64,000 nucleotides of DNA from Nitrospirales bacterium (GTDB lineage Bacteria > Nitrospirota > Nitrospiria > Nitrospirales > UBA8639): NCBI GenBank assembly GCA_965203295.1, contig CBDBCZ010000018.1:416001-480000 (forward strand), given 5' to 3'. Made by a program: the position numbers and the translations under genes. The notes beneath the pieces are model-generated. The model ran no database searches. It saw only the letters and a list, made by a program, of their open reading frames with translations, and had not been told where the DNA came from. This document shows, in pieces, positions 12,431 through 25,385 of this stretch; the stretch's first letter is position 1, and every line of letters begins with the position of its first letter.

Positions 12431-13308
12431 TATTAGCCTCTCAGTACAACTAAGCACTACCCCCAAAAACACCAACTCACTCGGATGGTGTGGTCCACCT
12501 TTGGCTCTGACAGCCTCACACAGTGACCATCTGCTCTTCCAGCTGCTCACTCAATTGTAGTTCTGAATCTGCATCGTAGGTTATGTAATACTAGGAGCTG
12601 TTTCTGCTGACAAATTTGATAACATGGGTACCTTCACTGGTGATACACCCCCCAGTTGTGTTCCCTGTCGACATACCTAGTGCTCTGACCATGCACGTGT
12701 TCATGTGTGGGCGATCGTGAGCTAGCTCTACCCTCTCTAAATTGCTATGAGCTGAACTGTGCACATGCCAGAACAATTACAGGTTTAGTATAGTAGCAGC
12801 TCAAGGATGGCAAGCAACATTAAAACCCCTCCTCACGTTCTCTGTGTCGCCCCTCGAACGGTATGTTTGATGTTAGTTCACTAAAACTGTATAGTTATAG
12901 CTATAACAGTATACTACTGTTCTTCGTTTTTGTTGTGTCTGTAGTTGGAGGCAACCACTACTGCAGTATCCTCAACTAGCCACCAAGCCTATTCTTTTGG
13001 CTCCCACCTTCCGATCCTTCTTCTAATCCTCCTGTGTTAGCATTTGTGTACAAGATTTACTCTATTTATAAAATCCACAGCCAGTTGTATGCCATTGTGC
13101 GGAGCAACCAGCTGGTTAAAAAGCACATGGTTCTTTGTAGCAACATATATACAACCAAGATATTGTGAGAGCTAATCTTGAAGCTTTTGACAGGGTTGTG
13201 CCCTGTTTTACGTTTCATTGGGACATTTCTCTTTGCTCCTTATAAATAGTATATTGTATAAACATTGTTTGTTTTATACCATGCTTTCTATTGAGTTTCT
13301 TCAAACTT

Positions 13309-13460
13309 TTAGTCCATGAACATTACCATCACATTACTTTTAGTCCATGAACATTACCATCACATTACTTTTAGTCCATGAACATCTTCACCGTCACATT
13401 TTGTCCATTAACATTGCCACTGTCCACTACATTATGTCCACGAACATTATCACTAGCACT
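13309..13460. repeat. ~30-bp minisatellite
   Basis: 'ttttagtccatgaacattaccatcacattac' tandem, degenerating rightwards. Confidence 0.8.
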
Positions 13461-13639
13461 GTACCCTTAACCCAAATGACACTCTTCGTGTTTCAGAAAG
13501 CTTATCTTCTCACAGTAGTTTGCAATGTATCAAAGTTGAGCTACTGGTACTCTAATTAGCTGAACATGAAACGTAATATTGACCAGTAGATAGATATGTT
13601 AGCTTATGAATATTTATGAAATGTAAGTGTAGATTCAAT

Positions 13640-15640
13640 CTGGTAAAGTTTATGCCATCGTTGACGCTCTTACCGTGATCACTGATCAGCTGCAACTCTT
13701 CCTGCTAGGTGAGGTTTGGGAATCACCCCGAACATACTGACGTGAAAGCCCGCCAGGTCCTGAAGAACGGGGCCTGCGATTCTGCCTATCTCTTTAGCCA
13801 GGTAGCTGTCTATGGGTGTGGGGTGCTGATCTTCTGACAGCATGGTTACGCTTGGCTTTTTCACAGCTGGCTGCCCCGTAGTCAAACCCAATCCTGAAAC
13901 CATGTTTAATGCCGTGAAGGATAAAACTGCGGAACTCCTGATCTGGATAAGCCAACAGCTCGCAGGCCCACGCCCCTGTGTATAATGGTGTGACCACCCT
14001 GCAGAGGCATGCTGGCACAGCCTGTGCCACTAATGGCATACATCTGTCCAGTCTGCGCAGGTCTGACATATAGTAATAGCGCCCCTGACTGTCCATGCCT
14101 GTAGGTGAAACCAACAACCTCAGTGAGCCCCTCCCCAACTGCCGGTCATGCTTGGCCCGCCCTTCATGTACCCTGAACCCAATGAGTTTGAAATAGTGAT
14201 GAACGTCAAAGGTTACTACTAGGCATGAGCAGGCGTGGCCTATACAGCGACCACAACTATAGTACTATCCCCTATGCCAGTTCATGTTCGCCGGTGGACC
14301 GCTCAAGCCGACCACTTGGCAGGGGGCTCTCGATCATCAGCTGAGACTTAGTTTAACACCCGGACTTCGATCTTGGTCGGACGACAGTGCATGACACTGG
14401 ACAATGCGATGTTCTCCAGCGCACTTGAGGCACACATGTAGGTAGCGGCAGGTAGTGCTTTGAGCCTTGCCCGCTATGGAAGGAGCCACCCGTAGCGGGC
14501 TTCCTGGGAGCCAAGCCGCACTCCTCGTCCGAGTGGTCCGACTCTGTACATAGGCTACAGCTCCTCCCCTTTCCCGCTTGCGCCAGGAAGGTGACTGCAT
14601 AGAGAAAGGTATTAAGCTTAGACCAGTCAGCCGACGTATCCCCCGCCATCTGCTGGTGGAACATGGAATTGTAGGGTTTCCAGCCTTTTCCACCGCAACG
14701 CCTGGTCTCACCCACGATGAGGGTCTGATAAGCCATAAGTTGCTTCATCCTCAGGGTGCGCACTCATGACAATGGCGGTGTAGGATCCAAAACACTGGAC
14801 CCAGCTCAACAAATCTGTCACCTCACGCCGGTTGCGCTTGGACGGGTGGGATGTACCCGCCGACTGCTCCAGCAGTGTACCTCGGTGAAGGGCCTCCAGA
14901 TTGTGTTGCAGCAGCTCTGCCATGTCGATGTACTCGCCCCGTTGAATCTTTGACACCAGCCTTGCAGGGATGGCGGCCAGACCCTCGCTGAGGATGAACG
15001 AGGGGGTGATCGTGTCGCCTGGTGTTTTTTCTGCTTGCTGACTCTCAGCCGCACCGGGTTGCCCCGCATGGCCTGGAACACTCCCGCCTGACCCCACGTT
15101 CACGGGGTCCAGCTATGGGGGGTCTACGACCGGCAGCTGCAGCCCCTGCAAGGTCTCTGGGGTTGGCATTGCTCCCAGGCCGATTCCTGGTGGAGAGGAA
15201 CAACAGGTAAAGGTGCCACCGACAGTTGTGGCCTCGCCTGCATGCCATTATCGACCACGATGGGACGGAGGCTCCGTCCCCGCCCACGGCCCACCACTGG
15301 GCGTCCATGATAAGCTTCCAGCTTACAGCTCCTGACGAGATACCCCCGTCCCCCCTAGGCTTGGGAACCTGCTATCACTACCATACGCTATCACTACCAT
15401 ATGCCTGCTAGTCGTGCATACCGACTTACCACGATGCATTGCTGGTTCCCGCCGGCTGGTGGTTGGAGAATGGAGGGCTTTTCCTGCAGGATCTCGCGTA
15501 GCGATTCCTGTAGCATCATTTTTAGGTCTGGAAGAACTGACGATTCAGCAGTCGAGGGGTCTTGGTCGGCCATGGTGCTGATGCGAACGGATGAGAGAGC
15601 AGTAGAATTCTGTGTTGTCTTAAAAGTCCACAAGAATGGC
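13640..15640 (-). mobile_element. Ngaro/DIRS-type retrotransposon, gag and start of RT, 3'-truncated and decayed
   Basis: Gag: LSEGLAAIPARLVSKIQRGEYIDMAELL, RREVTDLLSWVQCFGSY, LMAYQTLIVGETRRCGGKGW, DWSKLN, CRYLHVCLKCAGEH. RT N-terminus: TPL..AW..LLAYPDQEF..FILHGIKHGFRIGF, GRIAGP, FGVIPKPH, SVNDGI. No recombinase in the window. Confidence 0.85.
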
Positions 15641-16564
15641 TAAGAGTGCTGCGCATGCACGACCTGGCACACGAGACGGGGCAGCCCCTTGCTGGTAACT
15701 TGGTCTAAAGGGGCTTTAAGGTAGCAAGCCGTCTCACCTTCGAATTCACGTGATTCTCCTCATGAATAATTAATGAGAGAACGTCACTCACGTGGAGCTA
15801 ATTAGATTCATTGATATGCTTGCATTTTTCCCATGGTGGCAACCGGAATCAACAGAAAGGGTGTGTCACTTTGATGTGGATGGCGGCTCTTTCATGTGCG
15901 ATATCGGCACTTTGATGTGGTTGAGCGGTACTCTGATGTTGGCTTTCAACTTTTTTGTCACAAAAGAAAATATGACGTACAATTGCGAGTAGACTGACAG
16001 AATAGCTAGCTAGTGTGTTGCAGAAAGTTTGACCTTTCGGGTCTGTAGGTCCCGTCTTTTTTTCTTAATTAGCTGTATTTGGCTAGTTGTGTGAAAATCT
16101 GTGGAGATTTATAGAGAGAGCTTTGGTGGGTGGGTCTTAGAAACCGAGGGGTGAATGAAAAATCCCATCCCAAAAGTTTTTGTGAGTAGATTGAAGTTTG
16201 TAAGCCAGGGCTCGAAATTTGTCAGGTGAAAGTGGGCGGTGGCGATTTTTTTTTGGAAAGTCAGGATGGCAAAAATGAGGGTTTGGGGGTGGTTGGATGC
16301 ATTCAGGGCTGTAAAACTGGCTTTGCAGCATTCCTGTAATAAAGCATCCCTACATTCGTAGCCTGTCCTCTGTAGGTATTATTGATGTCGTCAGACTGTG
16401 GGTGGGGCTCTAGCAGGTTGCGAAATTTTTCGTTTTATTAAGCAACCCGAAATTGCTTTTTTGTGGATTTAGCAGGTGTGGTTAGATGCAAATTTTATGT
16501 CAATTCGAGGTAGTATATCATGTTCTCAACAAAGCTATCCAGGTGAGGCTGCTTCCTACCTTAA

Positions 16565-17122
16565 CACTTACAATGCGGAGGACCAATATATTGGCCTGCT
16601 AAGTATACTTGCGCAATAAATATATTGGCCGCTTGGCGCTATTGGCTTCAATATCTATATTAGGTTTTGATAAGCGCTGATTATGAGTACTGAGTTCCTC
16701 TATCTGTAATCAGGTTTTGTTGACGTAGGTTCTAAACCACAAAGCACTACAACCAGAAGTATGGACGGACACAATATTGTAGCCATGGCTGCCGATCGAG
16801 ACAAGCCCCCAGAACGGTGTGTGGATGCCACTACTGTTGTTTCACGCTGCTTGTGTGGCTGCTTAAGATTCTCTGGACTACATCTGTATCTTTTTTCATT
16901 GCCTCAGTCCTTAGCAGGGCACTGGATTGCTAGTAAGAATGAACTGCCTATTGTAGCCAGCTTTTTCCAACTCGGTCAAGCTTTGTCGGTTAATCAAGTC
17001 CAACCAAGCATATAGAATAGTTTCTAGCATTCTATAAGCTGGTTTATCGAATATTCAATTTAGTTTTAATTAAATTCCGCGCACACGTAAGGTTACGCCA
17101 TAAAAAGGACGCGGGCAAAGTG
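16565..17122 (+). mobile_element. piggyBac-type non-autonomous element, family A copy 1 (more diverged)
   Basis: TTAA at 16561-16564 and 17123-17126; ends CACTT...AAGTG; internal homology to 25913-26529 and 29693-30324. Confidence 0.85.
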
Positions 17123-18289
17123 TTAAAACGTATAATATTGAATATCTTCATGCTAGTCATCATGCAGTAGTCTTACCTGCTCAATTTTATAACTGTACAG
17201 GAGGAAGATTAGAAGAAAACCAGTGTTGTTAGTGAGTAGCTCCAGAACATGCGCTCTTCATAGTTCTCGCTAATTGAGCACGTGCGCATGCTTAAGGGGA
17301 ACCCTCCTTCTGTAGCTCATTACGCGTCTCGTCTGAATGTGCATAACTTTTACTTAGGGTTACCGGTGACAAAATTGTATTTTTTTGGCTTGCAATGGCC
17401 AGCAGGTACAAATGCCGATAAATCTTGTCATGAGCGTATTTATTTCCCATTATGCTTTCCAAAAAGACTGTTTAAGGTAGTATTGGTGTAATAAACAACA
17501 CAGGTAGACTTGCCTGAAAGAATGTAGGTGCACAGTTTGCATTGTCTGCTGACTTACCATCAGCAAGGGTAAGTCAGCAGGAGTCTGACCATCGTCCATA
17601 GCAGTAACCAGATTGTCTTCGTTTCTGCTAGAACAACCACCCTCTTGCTCATCCTCCTCGTCTTGTGAATAGCCATCAAGACTACCATCAGTTCTTCAAG
17701 CTTGCTCCCGCTCAGACTCGAGTCTAACATATACATGGCTTTTCTACTGTAATAGTAGCCTTGCCTCTAGCAGCCATGATGAGCGAAGCAACAACCAAGG
17801 GGAACCAAGCAACTGACCAAACAAGCATGATCCTCTCTGGCTTTTTTGTGCTGCTACAAGGAGATAATGATGTCTTAAAATGAAGCGCTGTGATTGGTCA
17901 AAATGGTGTTAGATCATTCTGGCTCGGAACTGAACGGCCTCGCATTATAATAGCAGAAGTAGATAGGCGTGTATTAGAATAACCATTTTAAGATCAACAG
18001 CTCATAGTTAGCAAGTGAATATTGCTTTAGATACAGCAACACAAAAACACAAAAACACAATATAATACATTCCGCGAAAATTGTGGGTTAGACCACTATG
18101 GTTCTCAGCCCTTCATTTGTAACTTTGAGGCATATTAGGAAAGGTCCTAAATTCTCGCTGGTTGTGAAGTTTTGAACTTCAAAACATTTCATTTCATGCT
18201 TTCATGTTTTGTATTTGTACAGTGTGGAAGGCAGAAAGTCTGTTTCTGGTTTCGAATTGAACATTTTCCTGCTAGCTGCAAAAAACGGG

Positions 18290-18500
18290 TACAGTGGAAC
18301 CTCCGATAGCGGACCCCCCGAATAGCGGATTCATTCCATATAGCGGATGTTACCTCGGGTACGAAAACTTTTTGCCGTTAACACTGTATGTTAACTCCCT
18401 CCCAATAGCGGACAACTTCTGAATTCCGGATAGCGACCGCTCCACACCGTCTGCAATCGCTATTACTGTACAAAATTTACCTCTGTATAGCGACTAAAAT
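18290..18500 (+). mobile_element. pogo/Tigger-like MITE end fragment
   Basis: TA-CAGTGGAACCTC terminus followed by repeated ATAGCGGA subterminal motifs; partner end not found. Confidence 0.5.
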
Positions 18501-18624
18501 TCTGAATAACGCACACTATAATACATTGATAATTATCGCTTCCGCGTAATGTTACAGTTCTAAGCTATTACGTGCAGTACTGTGATTAGGTTGCTCGAGT
18601 ACTATCTGTGCTAGCACATTGTTC

Positions 18625-19440
18625 AGTGTGGGGGTGGGGAGTGTGGGCCAGGTAGGCTATTTCTTGAGAGCCGTCACCATACTCGACCCACCCCCAAAAC
18701 TACTGGGAAAAAAAAAAGAATATGAGCAAAGAATATGAGCAATTGTCCAGTCCAGGTGATTCAGGTGCTGATATGTAGGTGGGATATAGTGGTGGAGTGT
18801 GGCTATTTCTTTAGAGCCTTCACCACACTTGACCCACCCGCAAAACTACAGAGAAAAAAACAATAAACAGATATGAAGAATTGTCCAATCCATGGCCAGG
18901 TGATGTTCCATCCTGATATATATATAGGTGGGATATGGTGGTGGGGGTGGGGTGTGGCTATTTCTTGAGAGCCTTCACCACACTTGACCCACCCCCAAAC
19001 TAGATAAAAAAAGAATTGTCTGATCAAAGTGCATGATGGAGTGCTGAGGTGCATAAAGGAGTGCTGTGTTCTCGGTTGTGTTTACTGTTGTGGTACAGGT
19101 TTGGTCATGATTTGAAGGACAGCCGTAAAGAATTGTGGCTGGGAAGGCTATTTCTCGAGCCTCCACCACACTCGACCCACCCCCAAAACTACAAAAAAAA
19201 AGAGAAAAGAATATGAGCAAATATGAGCAATTGGCCATGGGTGATCCAGGTGCTGATACATAAGGTGCAATAATAGTGGTGGGGGTGGGGAGTGTTGGCC
19301 GGGAAGGCTATATCTCGAGCCTCCACCACACTCGACCCACCCCAAAACTACAAAAAAAAAAAGAATTGTCCAATCAAAAGGTCCGTGGAGTGCTGAGGTG
19401 CATAAAAGAAGCGGTTGTTTTTACTGTTGTGGTATACATA
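18625..19440. repeat. Diverged tandem repeat, ~150-185-bp unit, about 5 copies
   Basis: Recurring 'ggctatttct(t)gag(ag)cct(t)caccacactcgacccacccccaaaactac' plus A-tract. Confidence 0.8.
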
Positions 19441-20755
19441 CCGGTTTAGTCATGACTTGAAGGACGGCATGTTCCACTAATATTTGTGGCACCTGTAACG
19501 AGAAGGAATAATAATAGTGAATGTCTTCTTGCACAATTTTGGCGAACACTACAAACAAGAAAAGTGAATTCTATAATATGAATTGGAATCTGGGAGAAGC
19601 CCAGTCCAGTAAACAAATTGGCTGTTCTATAGCTATATTGCATGCATGTGAAGTACGTCATGCCACTTAAAAACTCCTTTGTGTTCATGCAGAACAAGAG
19701 AAATTGTGCATATATATGCAGTGAAGCGACAATTTCATAGAAGTTAGTCGATTTGGCAGCTTCTATATACTAGACCAGAGACATGCAAAAGAAATAGCAG
19801 AGTACTTTGTACGCTCATGCTAGGTGATGGTATATCGCTATAGCATTACTACACTCCACTTACGAGGTCGCGATCGTCCGGCTGTTGTTCACTTGAAAAT
19901 TTTGAGACATGGATCAGAGAAACAGATGTACGATTAGCATATGGGGATAAGTACAATGCACATCGACGTGGTTAGCCTAGCATAGCAGTTATATCTCTGC
20001 TTGGCTTTCACTTTCAGAACCATACCGCAACTAACCTTTGTGTTAAAGTGCCTGAGTCTTGTAGTCACTGGAAAGAGCTAGCATCTTCTCGAACCTGCCA
20101 AACCTGCGCCTGCACCTCCATCCTGGCCCTGCTAGCCGGCAGCTGCATCGGCGCCTTGGTTGGCGGCGCCTACGCCCGTGTCTGCAGTGAAAAGTAGAGT
20201 AGCGTAAGCTATTGAATGTCGACCACGTTGTGAACTTTCTGTTAAGGGTTCAATCTCGCGCTGCCCAGCACTCAACATTTCAAACCAAGTTATAATGCTA
20301 TCATACCATGGCTGTACACCGTTCTAATGTTAGTCAGTGAGTTCAATTCTTTGATCAATGGTCGACTAGCGGTACGTATGATGTTCACCACATGTATACA
20401 TTTGCAATTTCTAGGTGACATTCTTTTACGGTCTTCCTGTATATTTGAGAAAGTTATTTCACCGAAACTGTGACCGGGAGTGGCATGAAGGTTAGATTAC
20501 GTAAGTTAAATACTACGCTTCTGCGTATATTATATACTGCCGACCGTGACGGTCGCCAATAGGTGACGTATAAACTAAGTATTGTTTATATTGTAGCGTT
20601 TGACGTTAGGAGGTGGTCGAGAAACGGTGGTTTACGCTATATAGCTATAGTGCCAAACATGCATGGAGGAAGAGACAATTTGGCAGTGCGAAATTCTGCC
20701 TTCTATCTGAAAAAAGAGTATTATTATTTATAGTGCAAACGTGGAGGGAGATAGG

Positions 20756-23305
20756 TCATTTCACAGTGATTATGCGAAATTCTGCAGAACTCCAAAACTT
20801 AAACCAATGAAAAGAAAAGTATTTATAGTCATCAGTAGTGGTTCCTTTAATGGCAAAGTAGTTCGAATCGCACTGGATCTGGGCAGCACAAGTGATATAA
20901 GTCAAAGCAATGTTCTTTTGATTTGTGGTTTGTTGTTTGTAAGACTTTACCAGGCTTTCATACACATAGCACCAGTAATTGTCTGGGGTGCCTGATATCT
21001 TCTGGCAGGTGCAGTGCATATTCTAGTTCTCTGTACATGCAGAGTCGCTATACAACTCCTCATGCACGATTGCATGTTTCCACAGCAACTTACTGAGGTA
21101 GTTGATGTGTTCTGTTGCCATCCACAGTAGCGTAGGTAGTGAGAATACACTATGCTGTACATTCTCATGAGTATCATGAAACAAGCGTACACTTGTTTTG
21201 GAACAATGCCTGCCAGAACCACAGGAGCAACAATAGCAAACTTGTTGAACTCCTCTGCCTTCCAGTTCCCCAGTTTGCTGCTACTGGATGACTTGGGATT
21301 TACTAAGGACACTGCCATCACGGGGATTGCGGTTCTTCATTAGAACCCATACTAGCAAAGATAAGGTGCTCAAACTCTCGTAAGATGAGGTTAAGTACGA
21401 TTGTATGCATGGCATCGATCACAAGATCTTGGATGGGATCAAAACCATACAAGTCGTACAGCTGATAGAACACGGATTCTCCATTAACCCCACACTCTAG
21501 AGAGATAACACTCTGCTGCTTTCTCGTTGGAGCATTATCCACTACTCTCCCATCAGCACTGTTATTTTTGGCTGTCCTGGGTTCACCTGGGTGGTAAAAT
21601 CGTCTGTGAAAATCACCATAATAATAATGTTTCCGGCTTGCTATGTAAGTTCCTTCAACTCCACAACGCCTGCAGCCATACTTACCTCCAGCCTTTGTCA
21701 ACCCGAGTTCTGCATGTGCCTTCGAGTCAGCAGCTGCTAACAGCACCAAAGCTCGTAGAGTTGGGAAGTCATCCGGAGGAGAAAAATCCGGGACTTCTCT
21801 TAAACACTTCCTAACCATTAATGTACAATTCCTCAATTTCGTCAATAAGTGGTTTCAAGAAGCTGTCGTATTTGTGTGGCAGACTGTTCACAGGAACAAA
21901 AGAATACATTGAGGCATTCTCACACATTGCCCTATCTGCTTTAGTAAAACATGCTGGTGAAATGGTCAGTGATGCAATAGAATTGCGGCTGGAGGTGTTG
22001 TTGGGGTTCCAACCATCAAGTGTGCGATGATGGCCTGATTTCGTGGATCACCCGTCATCCACTCAGGCGTGAATGTAAATTTTTACGCACAAGTACACAC
22101 CATGGTGATTGGCGACTGAGGGCTGGTGCGATCAATCACATCATTTATGTTGCTTGCTGGGACTACTGTATCGCAGGATGGGCACTTGTATGGGAGCAAG
22201 GTCTCTTTAGCTCTTCTCGAAATCCAGACCCATGCCACAGCTCACTATAGCAAGGGAGCTCACCTAACTTCTTCAGCCACTCCTCCTTGCACTTCCAGTG
22301 AGCCTTTCTCTTTTTGCAGTAGCTGTCTGTTTGAAACCAGTCCTCAAACCTCCACCCAAGAACATAGTAATCTATGCATGTGTCCCAAGCCCTACTACAG
22401 ATGGGACAGTGAGGGTTCCTTCTGCGGTCTTTAAGGAGAAAGCTGTGCCCATCCTCACCAATGCACACTTTATAGTGCTTGGGGTCTCTGTACCCTAAAG
22501 ACTTGAGCAGACGAAGGACAGCCTGATAGCTTTGGATCAGCCTATCTTCTCCTAATCGTTTAGTGGCATTCTTCGGGTGCTCCTCTAATTGGCTTTGGGA
22601 GTAGCCAAACTTTGCCTTCGTCAGAAGCTCCCTTAAGACAAAGTTGGTGAGTTGCTCTTCTGAGCATGAGAGACGACCTGAAGCATGGTCAGAGGTGTAG
22701 GCTGTGGAAGTTGATGTAAAGGAACCAACTGAAGCAGGGCTAGGATTAGTCTCGGGCTCCACTTCAGCAGAGTTTGACATGAAGCAATCCGTGGTAAAGA
22801 GGCTAGTGGAGGTAGAGGTGCCTAAGGGTGGGGGGTTAAGGTATCACCTACGCCAGTGGCTGAGAAACTGGTGGAGATACTGCTAGAAGCCACGTCAGCA
22901 CTGAGATCATTATTTGCTGCAGATTTCAGCAGGGTCCTGTGTGCCAATACAGTGCTGTAGCAACGCTCTGCACACTGGCATAGACTGCAAAAACAGGGCT
23001 CCCTTCTGGAGCGCTTAGTTGGAGGGGTATCCATTCTATGATAAGGAGAAAAAAATTCTGTTTCAAAAACTTCAATTGGAAAACTTACTAGTACTTTCTG
23101 TAGCAACATCAAGTGAATTAACTGTTTGATAAGTGTAAAAAAGTGCAAAAACAAGACGTGTAGGAATGCACTTCCACCAAAGAACACTTCCTCACCACCA
23201 AAGAACACTTCCTCAAAAACCAGTGAAACAGGCGACCCTGCACACCATAATGCATGCACCGACTACCCATACATTTACCGCGTAGCTACCATCCCTATAT
23301 CTTTC
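20756..23305 (-). mobile_element. Intronless CMC/EnSpm-related DDE transposase pseudogene
   Basis: N-terminal CFCSLC..H, ELWHGSGF, LDGWNP, FLKPLIDEIEELYING, LLAAADSKAHAELG..GCRRC, FDPIQDLVIDAMHTIVLN, NWKAEEF, YWCYVYE. Multiple frameshifts. Confidence 0.75.
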
Positions 23306-23484
23306 CAACTGCACCCACCACAATCTATACCAAGCCCCCACACTCAACTGCACACCCAATACTTCCCTCAACACACAACAATCAACAACTATCATCATCA
23401 ATCATGACACCTCGTCTCCATCCAACCACCTTTGTATCCTTATCCACAATCATTGAATACTTCACAAAACACAACACCACACAC

Positions 23485-24005
23485 TACTAACAACCAACCC
23501 AAAATTCCACAGGAACACTACTCCTATCAAAAAAGCACTTGGCTCCTTAAATCCCACATTCACAACCATAAACCAAGGCCAAGCAGAGCAATTCCTCACA
23601 GCTCCACACTGCCACTATTTCAATGTTTCAATAGGAAATTACATTTCTTACTGAAAGTAAAGTGCAACGGCATATAAATGAGTACAACTTACAACATAAT
23701 TGATATGCATTGCATAAGATGGGCGAATCGTTATACCAGTAACATTACTAACAACCAACCCAAAATTCCACAGGAACACTACTCCTATCAAAAAAGCACT
23801 TGGCTCCATATATCCCACATTCACAACCATAAACCAAGGCCAAGCGGAGCAATTCCTCACAGCTCCACACTGCCACTATTTCAATGTTTCAATGGGAAAT
23901 TACATATCTTACTGAAAGTAAAGTGCAACGGCATATAAATGAGTACAACTTACAACAAAATTGATATGCATTGCATAAGATGGGCAAATCGTTATACCAG
24001 TAACA
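23485..24005. repeat. Tandem 261-bp duplication covering the 3' end of the PGAM5-like copy
   Basis: Paralogous ORF ends at 23648 and 23909 are 261 bp apart and the sequences are near-identical. Confidence 0.85.
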
Positions 24006-24784
24006 CTGCAGTGTGGTAAAGTAATTTCCCTCCACTTTCCTACGTATATTCCTAGGGCTTTACAAAAAAAAACCGAATGATATTTGAATGGCACACAATG
24101 ATGTTTGTGACCGGACTCTGTCCTGCAGGTACAAAGTATTTTAAACATACGCCCAAATCGTTCCATGTTATGGGTTTTCTCTGGATCTCCTTCCTGTAAG
24201 CATTTGTCTTCCTCCAGAGGAACATTAGAGTATTTCTCATGAATGATAGCAGCAGTTTGTTTTGCCCAGACAATGGCTGACATTATTAGTTTTTGTAACT
24301 GGGTGTATTTGGGAGCCTGGTAGAAGTAGTCGCCATGTCTAATAAAAAGTAGGACACGTGGTGACACTTCTGAAGGTTCACCTACTTGGACTGGAAGGGT
24401 ACATGTAGCTGTAGCTCTATGTACACCAGATTTTCGTGCAACATGTTTTTTTTGTTGCCTGCTCACTAGTCTGTAAAAGAAATGGGTAGTCCTAAACACA
24501 TATACATGTAGTCTCTTCCCCAGCCCAATAACTACGGTGACTTGCCTGTACATGTGTATGGCTGTGCAATGTTAGTCATCCAGTTTTATGTACATGTACA
24601 ACTTCTTGAAAGTACTATAAAAACCATAATTAGTACTTACAGATGCCTTGTGTTTTCCACACTTCTCGTACTTCCCCTTCTTGAAGATTCTTGTGACCTC
24701 CTGACCACTGCTCTCTGGCTCCTAACGCTTCACAGTACAACTGCTGTCTGCTGTGTTGGGCACCTGACCGCCACTTCCTCACAT
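23909..24784 (-). pseudogene. PGAM5-like histidine phosphatase pseudogene, copy B (partial, internal deletion)
   Basis: PRVLLFIRHGDY (RHG at 24332-24340), LIMSAIVWAKQTA, LQEGDP, IIVCHSNIIRFFF, ITLPHCSVTGITICP. Homologous to ~39728-41670. Confidence 0.7.
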
Positions 24785-25385
24785 GGTCAGAGGTGTAGGC
24801 AGAGGAAGTTGATGTGAAGGAACCAACTGAAGCAGGGGTAGGATTAGTCTCGGGCTCCACTTCAGCAGAGTTTGACGTGAAGCAATCTGTGGTAAAGAGG
24901 CTAGTGGAGATAGAGGTGGATGAGCCACCTAAGGGAGGGGTTAAGGTATCACCTACGCCAGTGGCTGAGAAACAGCAGATGTTAGAAGCAATGTCAGCGC
25001 TGAGATCATTATTTGCTGCAGATTCCAGCATGGTCCTGTGTACCAATACAGTGCTGTAGCAACACTCTGCACCCTGGCATAGACTGCAAAAACAGGACTC
25101 CCTTCTGGAGCGCTTAGTTGGAGGGAGATCCATTCTATGATAAGGAGAAAATAAAACCTGTTGCAAACATTTCAATTGGAAAACTTACTAGTACTTTCTG
25201 TAGCAACATCATCAAGTGAATTAACTGTTTGATAAGTGTAAAAAAGTGCAAATACAAGACTTGTAGGGATGCACTTCCACCAAAAAACTCTTTCCCAAAA
25301 CCAGTGAAACAAGCGACAGTGCACACCGTAATGCATGCACAGACTACCCACACATTTACCGCGTAGCTACCATCCCTACATCTTT
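24782..25385 (-). mobile_element. Second copy of the 5' part of the 20.7-23.3 kb CACTA-like ORF
   Basis: Near-duplicate of ~22684-23305 (MDLPPTKRSRRESCFCSLCQ..). Confidence 0.8.

Noticed and set aside
17520..17780. piggyBac-like acidic N-terminal exon (MAARGKATITVEKAMYMLDSS..)
   Set aside because: Low complexity, frameshifted, no catalytic domain or paired termini found.
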